From positions 1-64,000 of the forward strand of contig JAKMXF010000002.1 of the NCBI GenBank assembly GCA_024704765.1: DNA of 64,000 bases. Reading direction: 5' to 3'. Position numbers and translations under genes: made by a program. The notes beneath the pieces were generated by a model. The model did not search any database, had not been told where the DNA came from, and worked only from the letters and a program-made list of their open reading frames with translations. Shown piece after piece: positions 49,876-63,670 of the stretch (position 1 is its first letter; every line of letters starts with the position of its first letter). Origin of the DNA: Oopsacas minuta (Eukaryota > Animalia > Porifera).

Positions 49876-50537
49876 TGTTTTATGACAGATTCACTACCAT
49901 GATAGTTTTACTACCTCTAGTACTTTCACCATGGACACTCTATATCCATGACAGAGTTATTACCTTACATGACAGAATTATTAGCCTCTAATCATGACAT
50001 GAAAACGTATAACTCCACTCTTAGTTCTTATCACATTGATAATAGTGCATTTTCAATGGGTTCTTTGTTTCTGCTCTGGTAGCATTATATTAGAGTTATA
50101 TTAAATTATAATTATATTATATAACTAGGTATAGCAAGATAATTTTACATTTTAGAATGAACTGTTTTTTTATACTTTTCAACTACTATACTTTCACAAT
50201 TTGTGTTTCTTAGTAATGTGTCGGATGGTCAATTAAATGTTTAATGTATCTGTTGTAATTCATCAAATTCATATTGTACTTTAGAATATATTTTGCGATC
50301 ATATTTAGTTAAGTAACAATTTCGAAATAAATGAAGTGAGCAGACATATTGCTATTAATTAATATGCATTATTATCAGTGTGATAAGAACTAAGAGTTGA
50401 GTTATACTATTTCATGCCATGATCAAAGTGTAATAATTCTGTCATATAAGGTAGTAACCCTGTCATGAATATAGAGCATCCATGGGACCAGTAATAGAGG
50501 TAGTAGAACTGTATGGTGGTAAATCTGTCATACAACA
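49876..50537. mobile_element. 662-bp non-autonomous element with TGT..ACA ends, about 170-bp TIRs and a 4-bp TSD (Ginger-type MITE)
   Basis: AGAC|TGTTTTATGACAG ... CTGTCATACAACA|AGAC. The diverged TIR continues to about 50045 and 50365. Confidence 0.7.
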
Positions 50538-51007
50538 AGACTAATAACATTGAAAATCCAGATATATTTCTCAGATCCAGGAGCCCAAAATTAGTCGGGG
50601 TTTGATGGATTTGGGTATCTACACTGCTGCGCCAGGGGGCATTCCCCCTGAAAAGAAAGAATAAATGATCCTTAGCAGCAATATCAGTATGTTGGCTGGA
50701 CATTTGTATATTAGTAACAACAAATTACTTTCATCACTATTGTAGGTACAACATCACAGGCACGTAGCTAGAGCAAGACATTCAGGGGGGCAAGAAGTAT
50801 TTCGGGAGGGCAATTGCAGGGATAAATATTTTTGAAAAGTTAATTACTTGTGTATAACAAGTATGACCCAGTCTCCTTTTCTTACATGTATAACCTTTTT
50901 AATTCATAAAGTACCAGATTACTAGGCTAGGGAGCATTAGATTAGTCTACATTATAGTAAGAGCATTTATTAAGATACTAAACTCAATTCAGGGATACTA
51001 TTTGACA

Positions 51008-53325
51008 TTACAAAAGAAAGCGGCGGTGCTTCATCTGCTTAAAATGTTCGATCACATCATTATAACAAAGTGTTTCTGCAATATCTTTTTCAATAGATAA
51101 CAGGGCAAGATGGTTGAGACGCTCAGTGGTCATTTGTGAGCGCAAACGTGTTTTTATTCTCTTAACAGATGAGAACATTCTCTCAACCTTGCAAGACGTC
51201 TGAGGGATAGTCACAAGAATTTGGTATAAGTTGAAAACATCAGGGAAAATATCTTTGTCAATCACATCCAGTACATCGATCAAAGTATTTAGCTGAGATT
51301 CATCTTTCCGAGCAATAAACGAACGGAAAAATTCTATTTCACAATCTTTGATATCTATTGCATACAGTTCAGATAGTGTATTCAATTCCTGTTTGTTAAG
51401 AAAGTTTTATGACCTTGATAAGCAGCAATCAGCAGCCTTCATGATGCCTGATTGATCTGTACCAAAACGGGCATCCAATTCTGCTAAGATCTCGCGGACA
51501 TTTTGGCGTAACAATATTTCAAGCTCTTCAAAGTTGGATGCGTTTGTGTGTCCAACAGAGCTATTTAGATATCCTTCTCTAAACCTTTCTGGAAGACGCC
51601 GTTGCCTGATTGTGTCTCTTACATCAAAATTTTCGATTTCATATTTACCAGACAAATCTTTGGCATATTCGACAACCTTGTCAAAATCGAAATTGACCAA
51701 CCTTTCCCTCAGATCGGCAAGTAATATCAAACAAGAAGAAACAGTTGCTGTCGACTTCTGAAAGCTTTAGTGCAAAAATCAGAGTAATCATACAGCCTAC
51801 CAAAGTAAACTAAGATGGTCATAAATTTCTTTGTTTGTAGACTACCTAGTAAAGATTTAGCTGCTAAACTTGTGTCTGCATCATTATCATTTCCAAATAT
51901 GCTTAAAGTATCAAGTATGCAATCAAACCGACGCAGAAACCTTTCCACCTCCAAAGAACGGGAAGACCAACGAGTACTACATGAACGTGCAAGTTCAAGA
52001 GCTTGGACGTTGGGATAGCGCTCACCCTGGACGTCTATGAAAACTGCATGTCGCTTTGTTCCATTCATGAACGAATACGTCAAATCCAATATATCAAAGA
52101 AAGATTTCATCAGAGGATGTCGTTCAGCAGTTGCAGCTAATACTAAGTTAAGCCTATGTGAAGCACAATGAACATATGTGGCATTGCGATAACCTGCTCC
52201 TTTCATGCGGGCTTGGACACCACCGTGTATTCCTGACATAACACTAGCCCCGTCGTAACCCTGCCCTACACATTTCAGAGGATCGAGCTCAAAAGGCTTA
52301 AGTAGCTCTATCAGTTTTTCAGAGATGGTGCCCGCATCCATGTCCTTCAATTCAATAAAGCCAATAGCTCTTTCTCGGACATTACCTTTATGGATATATC
52401 GCAAAGAAGCACCTAACAACTCCTTCTTAGATGCATCTTTTACTTCGTCAGCTAGAATAGCATAACAAGACGCGATTTCTACTTCACTTTTAACATAGTC
52501 TAGGAGCACTGAAGCGAGTGATGTAAGCAAATCATTTTGAATATCTGGACTTAGCATTTTTGCATTTCCTGGAAGACTTTCTATCCTCTTGGTCACATTG
52601 CTATCATATTTTCCTAAAAGTTCTAATATTTCAAGAAAGTTCCCTTTATTAAGCGACTGATCTGATTCATCATCTCCTCGAAGAGGAATATCTTGTTTGG
52701 CACAAAAAGCAATAATGTCAAGAACAGTCATTAAATGTTTCCGATTGTCATCTATGAATTTCTCATTTCGAAAATTTGGATCCAGTTGCTTATCTACCGT
52801 CCCTATTATTTGATGAATTGCCCAGACTTTCTGTGTTTCAACAGCTGCCATATGACACACAGAACTATCGTGCTTCCTGCACTTGTCGCCAAGTTTCCTC
52901 CAGTCACAAAGTCCTTTTGTTGAAAAAGTTGCTTCAGCTGTTGATCCTCCAAAAAGCCGACACGGTTGGCAAAATATAGCATCGAGTTCTTTGCTATACT
53001 CTATCCAGGAGAATTGGGCATACCAATGAGTACTAAAATGTCTACCGGCCTCATTTTTTGGGAAGATAATAGAAGGCTGCCTCGGTTTCTCACCATTTTT
53101 GGACAAATCATTTACAGTCACAATTGGTGATTGTATATGAGTCGTGTTTAAACTTGGAGTTGAAATAGTTGTACAAGAATCGGAAGTTAAAGGGGTCGAA
53201 ACTTGAAGACTCGTAACAACAGGCTCTACCTTCTCATAATTTGAAGAGACGACATGATCTTCGATTTCTATTCGATTTCTTTTAAAATATGCCTGAACTT
53301 TGCTTTGTTGTAGTCTTTTAGTCAT
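51008..53325 (-). pseudogene. ZMYM1-like hAT transposase (TTF zinc finger, DUF4371, hATC) in three frames
   Basis: ORFs of 532, 107 and 125 aa abut via two frameshifts. Motifs W.EYS..D..FC.PC, LRGDDES, LADEVKD, GQGYDGASVM, HCASHRLNL, TRWSSR and VERMFSSVKRIKTRLRSQM. Confidence 0.9.
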
Positions 53326-53715
53326 CTAGAATTGTTAGAGATACGAGTCACTGAACTGATTGAAGAACAGAAAATGTGAAAGATTTGAGATATAGAATGA
53401 CTTTATAACTTATAGAGAATATCTGAAATTGGCTTCACTCATGTGTAAATTTCAAAACAAGCTTTGAAAACTGAAACCCTAAGAGCATCACCAATGCTTC
53501 AATTACTTCAATGGACAGTCTAACTTCTGACAACAATTACTAGCGGTCGTGGTAATTCAATTAAAATTATAGTAGTAATTCAGTGCCTGTCAAAATAGAA
53601 CAAGTTTACTATCAATGAGCGTTACTTCCTGTCTAGTATTAAAACCATCATCGCAACGCGAGTTATTAATTTCATAGTTTTGACGATGCAGTTGAAGTAC
53701 ATAGACTATTAATTA

Positions 53716-53856
53716 CAGTGGAGTTCGCTTATTAGCAACTCGGATTTTGCAGAGATTTGGTTGCTAATAGGGCAACGAAATTAACATTATAATCCCGTTT
53801 GGGACCCGAAAGCTGGTTGCTAATAGAGCAATATTACTAATAAGCTAACTACATTG
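53716..53856. mobile_element. 141-bp Tigger-type MITE nested in the 5' subterminal region of the hAT element
   Basis: TA|CAGTGGAGTTCGCTTATTAG ... CTAATAAGCTAACTACATTG|TA (imperfect TIRs). Confidence 0.65.
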
Positions 53857-55169
53857 TATATAAAAACGAAAACTTCCAAATTTATCTGGGGGGGCGAGAA
53901 AAACTTTTGGGGGGGCGACTGCCCCCCTTGCCCCCCCGTAGCTACGTGCCTGCAACATCAGGGAACACTTGTGCAAATCTATTACTAAGTCACAAGGCCC
54001 CATAACGCAAGGACTTCATCCCTCCCCCATCTCAATATCGCCAGTATTTTAGATTCGTGGATGACTCAATCACTAGGTCCTTAACGGGTTTGGTAGGGGC
54101 AGGGACGGCTCGAGCACTCCTAGTTTGTTTTCGAACCCATAAGGCTAAAACATAAATATAGGTGTAAGGTACCTCAATAGTATGCGAGCCCCAAACATAA
54201 CCGTCACCCCCTCCTTATGCATAAAGTACGGATGAGCAACCAACGCCTCCATCCATGTAGAGTAGATATTGGTAATCCCTTCGGTATTGGTGTTTGGTAA
54301 TTAGCAACATGCAGAGCGTTCGTCATGCGCTGACAGCTACACCGTATACACAATAAGAAAAATTAGCAATCACAATATATACTTTCGAAAACACGGGGAA
54401 AAATACTAGTGGGTAGGTAAGAATGATTAAATTTCGCGAAAAGACGTATAGCTGTATATAGCAATAACATAGTGAATATATCCTTCTGTTGGCGATATGT
54501 GAAAAGTATCTTATTACATTGGGGTCATCGAGTATGTTGATTCCGATTTTCACACTTTCAAAATAATCCTAATTAAATACATTAGATCATTCTATGAATA
54601 TAAAGTGAACAAATTGTTGAAATCTCGAAATATTCTTAGATACAAGCTCTCAAAGACAATTCGTGGTAATCAAGTAGGATGATCCTGAATTTCGCATTTT
54701 CAGGATTCTCATATGCCAAATTATTGTTGTCCTTATGAATATAAAGTAAACAATTAGTTGAAATGATAAAAATAAGTAGAGAGCTGATATTACCGGCTAC
54801 CATGAGGTAACAAAGTAGACTGAATCTGGTTTTTGGCATTTTCAGGTTTCCTCTTATGTAAATATATTTGTTGATTCATGAATATATAGTAAACAAATAG
54901 ATGAAATAGTAAAATTTATGTAGAGACCTGCTTGGTTGTTGCACATCGTAGGAGAAGGTGAACAAGTAGTATACATAGTACTTTCATAGACTAAACATTT
55001 TCGAGGGCGTCCCAAGTGTTTATCAATTCGAGGACTATCACATCCTTAAGATGTTCAAGGAGACAATTCAACTTAGGTGAGTTCCTAGGAAATCCCCGGA
55101 GAAGTTGGACTAACTGCGGTCTGAGATGTAGATTCAGGTTGAGAGGGACATATCGACCCTATACCGACC

Positions 55170-55440
55170 CGTCACCCCTCTCCCCCCTACTTGCACTTCA
55201 TACTTACACGCAACAGCATCGAGAGTGTGTGCAGGGGGGAAATCCCCGGGCCCCCGCTTACCAAATATTGTCTATGTCTGTACCAAATACAGACAAATAT
55301 ATTTGTGTCATATCCCTTTATGGAGCTCTCATTTTCCCTTTGCATTGGCCAGAACCGTGTACACCCACAAATTTTTTCCATTGATGCTACAGGTACATGA
55401 ATTTGAATGTACAAAGATTACGAGTGTTCTTTGATGTGTA
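55170..55440 (+). repeat. Second copy of the unclassified dispersed repeat (see 36030..36430)
   Basis: Same conserved blocks in opposite orientation. This copy lacks about 75 bp present in the middle of the other. Confidence 0.7.
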
Positions 55441-57899
55441 TTGAAAGCAACCTGTATTATTCATATATTCGAGGTTTCGTTTAAATTGGACATCAAAGCA
55501 TACATATGTAATAGCCAATAGTTACATATCATTAAATCTTCCTTAAGCGCTACTAATAGATTGTCATTACGTCAATTGTATTCGAATCCTTAAATCACAG
55601 CAACGCCAACCTTCATCTTGCTTTACGAATAGGATGTCAATAATTAGTGTATATTGTACCCAATTATTCAGAATATTCAAGGAACCTACCTCTTAAGGTC
55701 CCTCGGTGGAATCATACTTCGATTAAGCTTGGGGTGGGTCCCACCAGTAGGAAAATCATTCAATTTATCAATCTCATAGTTACTAAAACGACTAGAATTT
55801 GCAAGGGATTCTTGATGAAATTTCAGGTAACTTGATTCAACATTAGTAAACAAACAAGTAGATTGAGGTATTTTCTCAACACAAATAGAAGCAAATATAG
55901 GAATTCTTGTATTGGCAAGTTCTAAACCGTTGAGCGAGGAAAAATTACAACAATTTAGTTTATATCCATTTGTAGAAAACAGATAACCCATACGTTTAGT
56001 GAGAAGAATCATCAAGTATTGCTATTAGAGATGGGTACAAGTAAATAGAATAGTAAGATAGAATTACAATAAACAGCACATTTCCCACCTAACTTAATAG
56101 GAAATCCTGGAAAATACATATAAATTATTGCTATTAATAGCATTTGCATAAACAAATTGAAAATTTCCTACAAGAAAAATATATACAAACTGGAAAATAT
56201 TCGATTCTAGCAAATTGTTATGGCAACAGCAAATACACACTCAATTTTCACATGCACACTAAAATAGGCTGAATTATGTATATCATACATTTTAGGCCCG
56301 TTTCGTGGCCAAAATTGTGAAAAGATTTCATTCAAAATTTCCAAAATTATAATGAAAGCCGATGCTATTTTGAGATAGAGAATCGTCAGGGAATTTACTG
56401 AACATGTACAAGTGAGGGGGGGCAAAAGAACCCTCCAAATGTGGCCTGCTCTCGAAGGCCCCCTGGCTCTTTTCCTTTTTTAGATGATATGAACAGTGAT
56501 TAATTAATTTATGTATCGACACATTCTTATCTATCTGCGTATATAATTATATTTGTTAATAATTTTTAAGCCATTTTTAGAATCCATGTTAAAATTGTTA
56601 GGAACTTCACAGTGGTCAAAATAGGAGAAAAATGTTGATAATTCATGTTGTTAAAATATGTGAATTTTAGTTCTAAAAGAATCAGCATAGTAGAAAACCT
56701 AGAAAAGTGTTTTCAGGAGAATCATTATGGATTTTAATTCCAATTTCACATGACTGAATGTCAGATATGATATTAACTTGCAGATAAACATTTCTTTTGA
56801 GAATAATACCATTTTCTCTTCCAGTCTCTAGGCTAGCTTTTATAAATAATACCAGAAATGTGATGATATGTTCGAAACTATTTTCTATCCTCTTTCCATG
56901 TAATTAAAATGGTACAGATTCAATTTATAAATGTACCAATCTTTCTCTTCCTCATATTTCTACTCGTTTGAATTATTTCACCTTGTACTCTTAGATCATC
57001 AAAGTCAAAAATATCAAATTGAGGTCAATTGAGAAAGAAAATATCAACCTTATGAATTATAACCATAAATATACCCGCAGAATCTCGCAAACATTATTAT
57101 ATTTTAGAAGTTAGGGAAATTAACAAAATTAACGGATGTTGGTTTATCTAGTAGTATAGTTATTTTATGGTATGTATTCAATATATTGCTATTCATAGAT
57201 ATAAATTTAGAAGACTATGTTATTATGAAAGAGAGTGATTTTGAGTCTCAATTCATTGACTCGGAAATTCATTTCTCAATGCGCTATTCAAGAAGATTAT
57301 TTCGATCAATATAAATTGAAATTTGTTGTATCCAAAGAGAGAGAAGTTTACAGAAAGACAGCAATTTGAAGCTTGGGATGATGAAATATTTGGTCCGTCT
57401 CTTGAACAAACTCTAATCTCTTCACAACCTAATGAAAAAGTCAGTTCTCGATCAAACCTTTACTTGATTGTACTCTAAAACATAAGAGGAATAAAATGGA
57501 GAATCTTTTGAACTCTAGGAGGAACAAGAAGAAATATCACCAAAACAAGTAGCAGTCCGATTATTGATGATGATTTCAAATGATGAAAAGACTATACCGT
57601 GCCAAATATCTACAAAGAAATCCTTGCAACAGGTACCTTTGGGTCCACTAAACGTAAGTTGAAACCTGTAGCCGTTCATTGCTTCTCGACTTCTTATCAT
57701 TGGGTAGGAAAAATATGTCGAATTCAGACGCTTCATGAAATCTGTAGTTAGTGGAATTTCATGACAATTAAATCTGTTGAGGGCATAAACTCTATATTAT
57801 CTTTCTTGTGGATGCAGATGGAGATGAACGAGGATGTATTATCAATTTCTTGTATAAAAATTCGCAAAGTTTTACTTCATGAATGTTTATGAGGAGGAT

Positions 57900-60125
57900 C
57901 TTGTAGCTGAAATATTTCATCTGAAGTCCATTCATCAAACCAACTTGGTAGAAAGACAACTGAATCCACTCGACTTGTGAACATTATCCACAAACAAAAT
58001 TTGCATGAGATCTTTTGCAAAAATTTGCAGAAGATCTTTCACACTCCGTATTTTCTGCATACTCCCGATTCTAAGTGCCTCTGGTGAACGAGGTTTTAGC
58101 AGGCTATCATTGATTACAACTACCTTCGAAGTACAATGGGGCAGGAAAGGCTGAATGATCTCACAGTACTTAACATAGAGAGTAGGCCGGATCGAGAAAA
58201 GTATACATCGTCGCTTCAACTTCTACCCAAGGCAAAAGTTGCCTTTACTCTTTTCTAGGACAATGCGAGACATAAATCGAAAAATATTTCGAGTTGACCC
58301 TTGCGGTTTTATATTTTTGCTGTGTCACTCCCGCAACTTGACTTCAAATTATCCGAATTTTCTAATTCCTTTAACTTAGCCCCTTTAGATATATTATTTG
58401 GTAATTGTAAGTCGCATATTTGCTTTCGAATGGTGTATTAGGCTAATTTCTATGTCCAAGGGTGCTCTAGTTATCAAGATATCTTTTGCATATTCTATCA
58501 CTCCCTAATAATATTATCCACCCCCCTTTTTTTCCGAAGATTTGCAAATGCATAATTCTTACAAAAAATAGCTATATCCTCACCAAACTTAGTATAATTC
58601 TGTATCTAGATCCAAATTCATCAATAGATTACCACAAAGAAATTTTACCAACTTTCCTCATCTCTTGCTCTTAACTTAGTCACCATTTATCTAGCATGGA
58701 ATTTATGGTCAATTATTGTATCTAAATAAAACTCGCTCAAATCACTCATATTATAGGGTGATTATATTCCTATAACTTATGTAATTTTGAATATCGCAAG
58801 ATACACGCTTAGTATTGTAGTATTTCATCCTATTTTTGGTTATCCTGGGCCCATCCCAGAAAATCTACTCCCAATAAAACTAGATCTATACAATCATTAT
58901 AGTATGCTTAGAAATGAAGATTCTAAATCAACTATTGATGATATAGCGAAAGAATTAACTGAAGTATTAGTGCGTATCTATAATTTGGCTTCCATACCCA
59001 CAAAATCAGAGCTCCAAATATAACAGTACATCATTTCTGATATTATTGAGAGAGCAAAACCTTTGCTTCTTGAATTAGGGATTGAATTCGGAATTATAGG
59101 TTGGACGCGGCCAGGATATTGCTTGTTTGGATACTTTTTCTGTAATATTTAGCTCTCTCAATAATATCAGAAATGATGTACTGTTATATTTGGAGCTCTG
59201 ATTTTGTGGGTATGGAAGCCAAATTATAGATACGCACTAATACTTCAGTTAATTCTTTCGCTATATCATCAATAGTTGATTTAGAATCTTCATTTCTAAG
59301 CATACTATAATGATTGTATAGATCTAGTTTTATTGGGAGTAGATTTTCTGGGATGGGCCCAGGATAACCAAAAATAGGATGAAATACTACAATACTAAGC
59401 GTGTATCTTGCGATATTCAAAATTACATAAGTTATAGGAATATAATCACCCTATAATATGAGTGATTTGAGCGAGTTTTATTTAGATACAATAATTAACC
59501 ATAAATTCCATGCTAGATAAATGGTGACTAAGTTAAGAGCAAGAGATGAGGAAAGTTGGTAAAATTTCTTTGTGGTAATCTATTGATGAATTTGGATCTA
59601 GATACAGAATTATACTAAGTTTGGTGAGGATATAGCTATTTTTTGTAAGAATTATGCATTTGCAAATCTTCGGAAAAAAAGGGGGGTGGATAATATTATT
59701 AGGGTGTGATAGAATATGCAAAAGATATCTTGATAACTAGAGCACCCTTGGACATAGAAATTAGCCTAATACACCATTCGAAAGCAAATATGCGACTTAC
59801 AATTACCAAATAATATATCTAAAGGGGCTAAGTTAAAGGAATTAGAAAATTCGGATAATTTGAAGTCAAGTTGCGGGAGTGACACAGCAAAAATATAAAA
59901 CCGCAAGGGTCAACTCGAAATATTTTTCGATTTATGTCTCGCATTGTCCTAGAAAAGAGTAAAGGCAACTTTTGCCTTGGGTAGAAGTTGAAGCGACGAT
60001 GTATACTTTTCTGGATCCGGCCTAATAGAGAGCGACATGGCAAGAAATGTTTACTTAGCTCTATTATTGATGAATTTGCTAGCGAGAAGGGTAGAAAAGC
60101 ATATTTTTGAAGAGTTTTATGCATG
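57900..60125 (+). pseudogene. hAT transposase C-terminal remnant split by the palindromic element
   Basis: LPILSASGERGFSRL..LRSTMGQERLNDLTVLN|IES|DMARNV..IIDEFASEKGRK reads through once 58183..60024 and one TSD copy are removed. Confidence 0.8.
58183..60024. mobile_element. 1842-bp foldback element: 873-bp inverted arms (58183..59055 and 59152..60024), 96-bp spacer, 8-bp TSD
   Basis: ATAGAGAG|TAGGCCGGATC ... GATCCGGCCTA|ATAGAGAG. Identical 78-aa ORFs at 58787..59023 (+) and 59184..59420 (-) point toward the spacer. I spotted only three arm mismatches. Confidence 0.93.
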
Positions 60126-60349
60126 CTATATGAAAAATAACAATAGACAGATAGGCATAATTTGATAACATTTTCAGAAAGTCAGGGTGGGGATTGAGAT
60201 CGCCTGTGATAATCTTGTCGTATATTAGGCCAGTAAAATATTCAAACCTTAGTGGAAAAATCAGAAATATTTAGACATGTTTTCGGGTCTTCACTCTTAT
60301 TAAAGGGGCCCCAAAATGAATTGTCTCCGGGCCACCAGCTGGATATCCG

Positions 60350-61662
60350 CGGTACTCATAGGTAGTCTCGTTTGACCAGGTGAATATCGTTGATAAGAGA
60401 AAATAACAAGATGAGCTGGTAGACGATGATATTCAAGAAGTTTTAACCCTTCTGTTAATAAAATACGCATTAACTCAATGTACTTTAGCTTACCAATCTC
60501 AAGTGAATCCATCAAATATGCTGCTTTGTCACAAGAGTGGGTACTACAAATTGGACTTTAATTACATTTGGTAATTATATCCCTACAAACCATTCAAATC
60601 GTGAAATCGCGTTCCTTTTGTGAACACAATAGTAATAAGTGAGCAGTAACGGTTTTAGGAGATACTTGTCCATTTTCAGCTAACGTTTTGAGATGTGAAC
60701 ATTAATGATTCCAATCGAATATTCAATCCCTTAGTTGTCAAGTCATCAAATGTTTATAGGTACATGTTTGATATCTTCCCCGAAAGTAACAGTAGACTGG
60801 TTTGGAAAGGAATATACTTCAGACTCATATAAGTCCACGCTCACCTCAGATACACCAGGGAGATGGAATAACAATGATTCGTTCCATTTCTCCAAGTTTA
60901 TATTTCTTGAGATGCTCTCATTTCGACGGTCAAAATTTTGAAAATTTCTTCCTAATCTGATCGAAGTAAGAGTCATCGATTTCGTTCTGGGCAATATTAT
61001 TTGACCATTTGTATAGCAACAGAATATTACTTATCCAATGTTACCTGAGTGATAAACAAAGCTTTCTTGTTGTGTATTTAGCTAATTACAATATAAGTCA
61101 ATATCTATTATATAACAACAAACAAAATAAATAGTATTTAAGTCACCCAATTTCAAAGCCGAAAATCACTTCAGTCAACTTTGGGCAACTTTGAAATGGA
61201 TGTAACATACAGAGAACTTCAATAACCTCTAGAAAAATTATAAGGCATAACTGTCAACAGTTGTCAACATTAGTTCTTTCATTTAAAGTTAAACTGAAAT
61301 AATAGGGAATTTTCACCTTGGCATGAAATCAAACTTTTGAGAAACTTCAGATTACCGAAGTGAAATAGTACAGCAGATGTGAAAAAGCTATACCTAAACA
61401 ATAATTTGGGATAGGAGGTATGTGACGCGTGCGATGAATCTAACAAAAAAGATTAAGTATGTGACTTGATTAAAGATTCACACTAAACGCTAGACTTTTC
61501 CTTTTTCGTTGATAATATTTCAATTTTTTAGTGGCTATAATCTTGTATTATCCGCACTATATATGATATCTGCCCAATTCAAGCATGGAGAATTGAAAGA
61601 TCTCATTTGCGAAGCAATTCAAATACAATTTCCCCAAATTTCCACTCACACGTGCCACTGTG
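60350..61662 (-). mobile_element. Transib (RAG1-like) copy C: 5' end with a perfect CACAGTG heptamer and an N-terminal transposase remnant
   Basis: The reverse complement at 61662 reads CACAGTGGCACGTGTGAGTGGAAATT, matching the left end of copy B. ORF 60300..60515 begins DSLEIGKLKYIELMRILLTEG (copy B: DSLEIGKSKHIDLRRILINED). Confidence 0.75.
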
Positions 61663-62910
61663 GTATGCATTTGTCAGCCAGATGTATACACTTGCCAGAC
61701 AGATGTATGCAATTGTCAGAAAAGCGTTATACATTTGTCAGAATTCTGTCGCATGCGTTTGTCCAAATTTAATGAGCAAAGAGTGGCAAAATAATATCTA
61801 AAAATATTTTCATGAATTAGGTCAGGGTAATGTTAATTAAGACAGTCATTTAGTTCTTTCAGGTATATTATCGTATGCATATTCCAAGGTTTTCCGTATA
61901 GCCAGGATATATGTAGATTTAGTTCTGTTGAAACACTTATGTTGGGTTATTATATACATTTATATATATATATATATAGATCCATTACATCCATAATCCT
62001 TTATCAATCCTTTATCAATCCATGTCCTCTGGCTGTAGCCAATATTCTGAACCAAAACCAACGCCTCAACTATTATTATAACCATAAATATGAATTTAAT
62101 CAAATTGTAAATAATTATTAGACAGACTTTGTATTATTTAATCTCAATGATTTGTATATCTGTGTCTGTGTACGTGTTTGTCCAGTTATATTTGTGGACT
62201 CTGAAATTCGAATATCTGTGTATTTATCGTTTTTGTCAAGGGGGTAAATAGAATTCAATAATACTCAACTAAGGATTTCAAACAAACGATTAACACTTCC
62301 AAATCAATAAGTTCATTTATTTGTGTCAGGTACAGAAAGAAATAGTGATATTTTGAAATATAGTAGAGACTTGATCTCATCAGATAGATATGGGCAGAGC
62401 CTACTATATATCAAGGCCTGACAGTAACCTAAATATTTTGGATTCGGGATACGTAACCCAATGCAACAGATTCAATGTGATACATATTAATGAAACGGTA
62501 CATTTTGCGCAGTGGCAAGGCCAAAGGGGAGCTATGGGGGCTTTAGCCCTCCAAATGAGAGATTCGGCCCCAAAATTTGATAAATTTAAACCAAAATATT
62601 TGTAACTTGAATCTCAATTTGGATGGGATAAGATATACGTATTTTATAGAAATTCAATCTATTTTATGATTCCAACACTATTTTCACGGTCTTATAGTTA
62701 TAATCTAAGTAGTTTCATACGTCTTTCAATGAAGACATATTGCATAAAATACGTATTGTTAATACATATCATACCTTCAATTTACAATTTTTGTGACGTA
62801 ACTTCTATTAGGCTGATTTCTGCAATAAATCTTTTCATTAAAAAAAGTAATTCTCGAATTGTTAATGAGAAATCTCAGAATAGTTGAGCAAATTATATAA
62901 TAATTGAAGT

Positions 62911-63457
62911 CAGGGGCGTCAGGTTGAACATAATAGTGGGGGCCCCGTTATTCTCATTACTCATTTTACGTTAAACTACACAAATTATAATGAATAGTAA
63001 AAAATTTTATATCGAATTTAATGACTTTGTCAACAAATATGACTTATAGGAGAAATTCAGAATATAGCATATTTAATAAATCCTTTAATGCATTTCTGAA
63101 TCGATTAATCGAAGAATATATAGTTATATTATTCCGTAATTAAACAAATAAGCGTATCTTGACCTAGGGTGTGAATAATATAAACATTATTAAATCATAT
63201 CAATAACTAGTTGCTCATATTACATTCATTACAAATACATAAATAACTATGTTTTAATCGGTTAGAAGTATTAAGTATTACAATCAACACCACATACTTA
63301 TTTATATTACATTGAGTAAACCAGGAAATTGGAATATTAAAATATTTTTCAAGTGAGCATAATTTTTTCAAAGATACTAGGGGGGCAGCCCCCCATTTCC
63401 AGGCTCTTTTCAAAACCGGGGGGCGAGCCCCCCGCTCCCCAAAACCTGACGTCCCTA
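62911..63457. mobile_element. 547-bp hAT-type MITE
   Basis: TIRs CAGGGGCGTCAGGTT / AACCTGACGTCCCTA with TSD ATTGAAGT/ATTGAAAT (7 of 8). Confidence 0.8.
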
Positions 63458-63670
63458 ATTGAAATAATGTGACTGATATAAGTCCTACAATCTAAAAATC
63501 TCATATTTCGAGGTTAACCTAGGCGTATACTAATTCAAATAGATCACGTATAACGTATTATGCAACTTAGGTTGTAGTACATTATATATCATCATACTTA
63601 GATAAGAATACTACTCAGTTGCTGCTTGCAGGCTTGAGTAGACTATAGTTAATAATGGTTCAAATAACCA

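Larger units (their letters stand above)
50757..53952 (-). mobile_element. hAT element (ZMYM1-like transposase)
   Basis: TIRs CAGGCACGTAGCTA / TAGCTACGTGCCTG with a perfect 8-bp TSD CAACATCA (50749-50756 and 53953-53960). Confidence 0.95.

Noticed and set aside
55686-56015. 109-aa minus-strand ORF as the C-terminus of the parent of the palindromic element
   Set aside because: It lacks the CHTQAVER-type motif expected at hATm C-termini and shares no terminal sequence with the palindrome.
56608-61662. Pairing the two CACAGTG ends into one 5-kb Transib large enough to hold a RAG2-like gene
   Set aside because: The flanks do not form a TSD (AACTT vs GTATG), the TIR sequences diverge after the heptamer, and the interval is filled by a hAT remnant and the palindromic element, with no kelch/PHD-like ORF.
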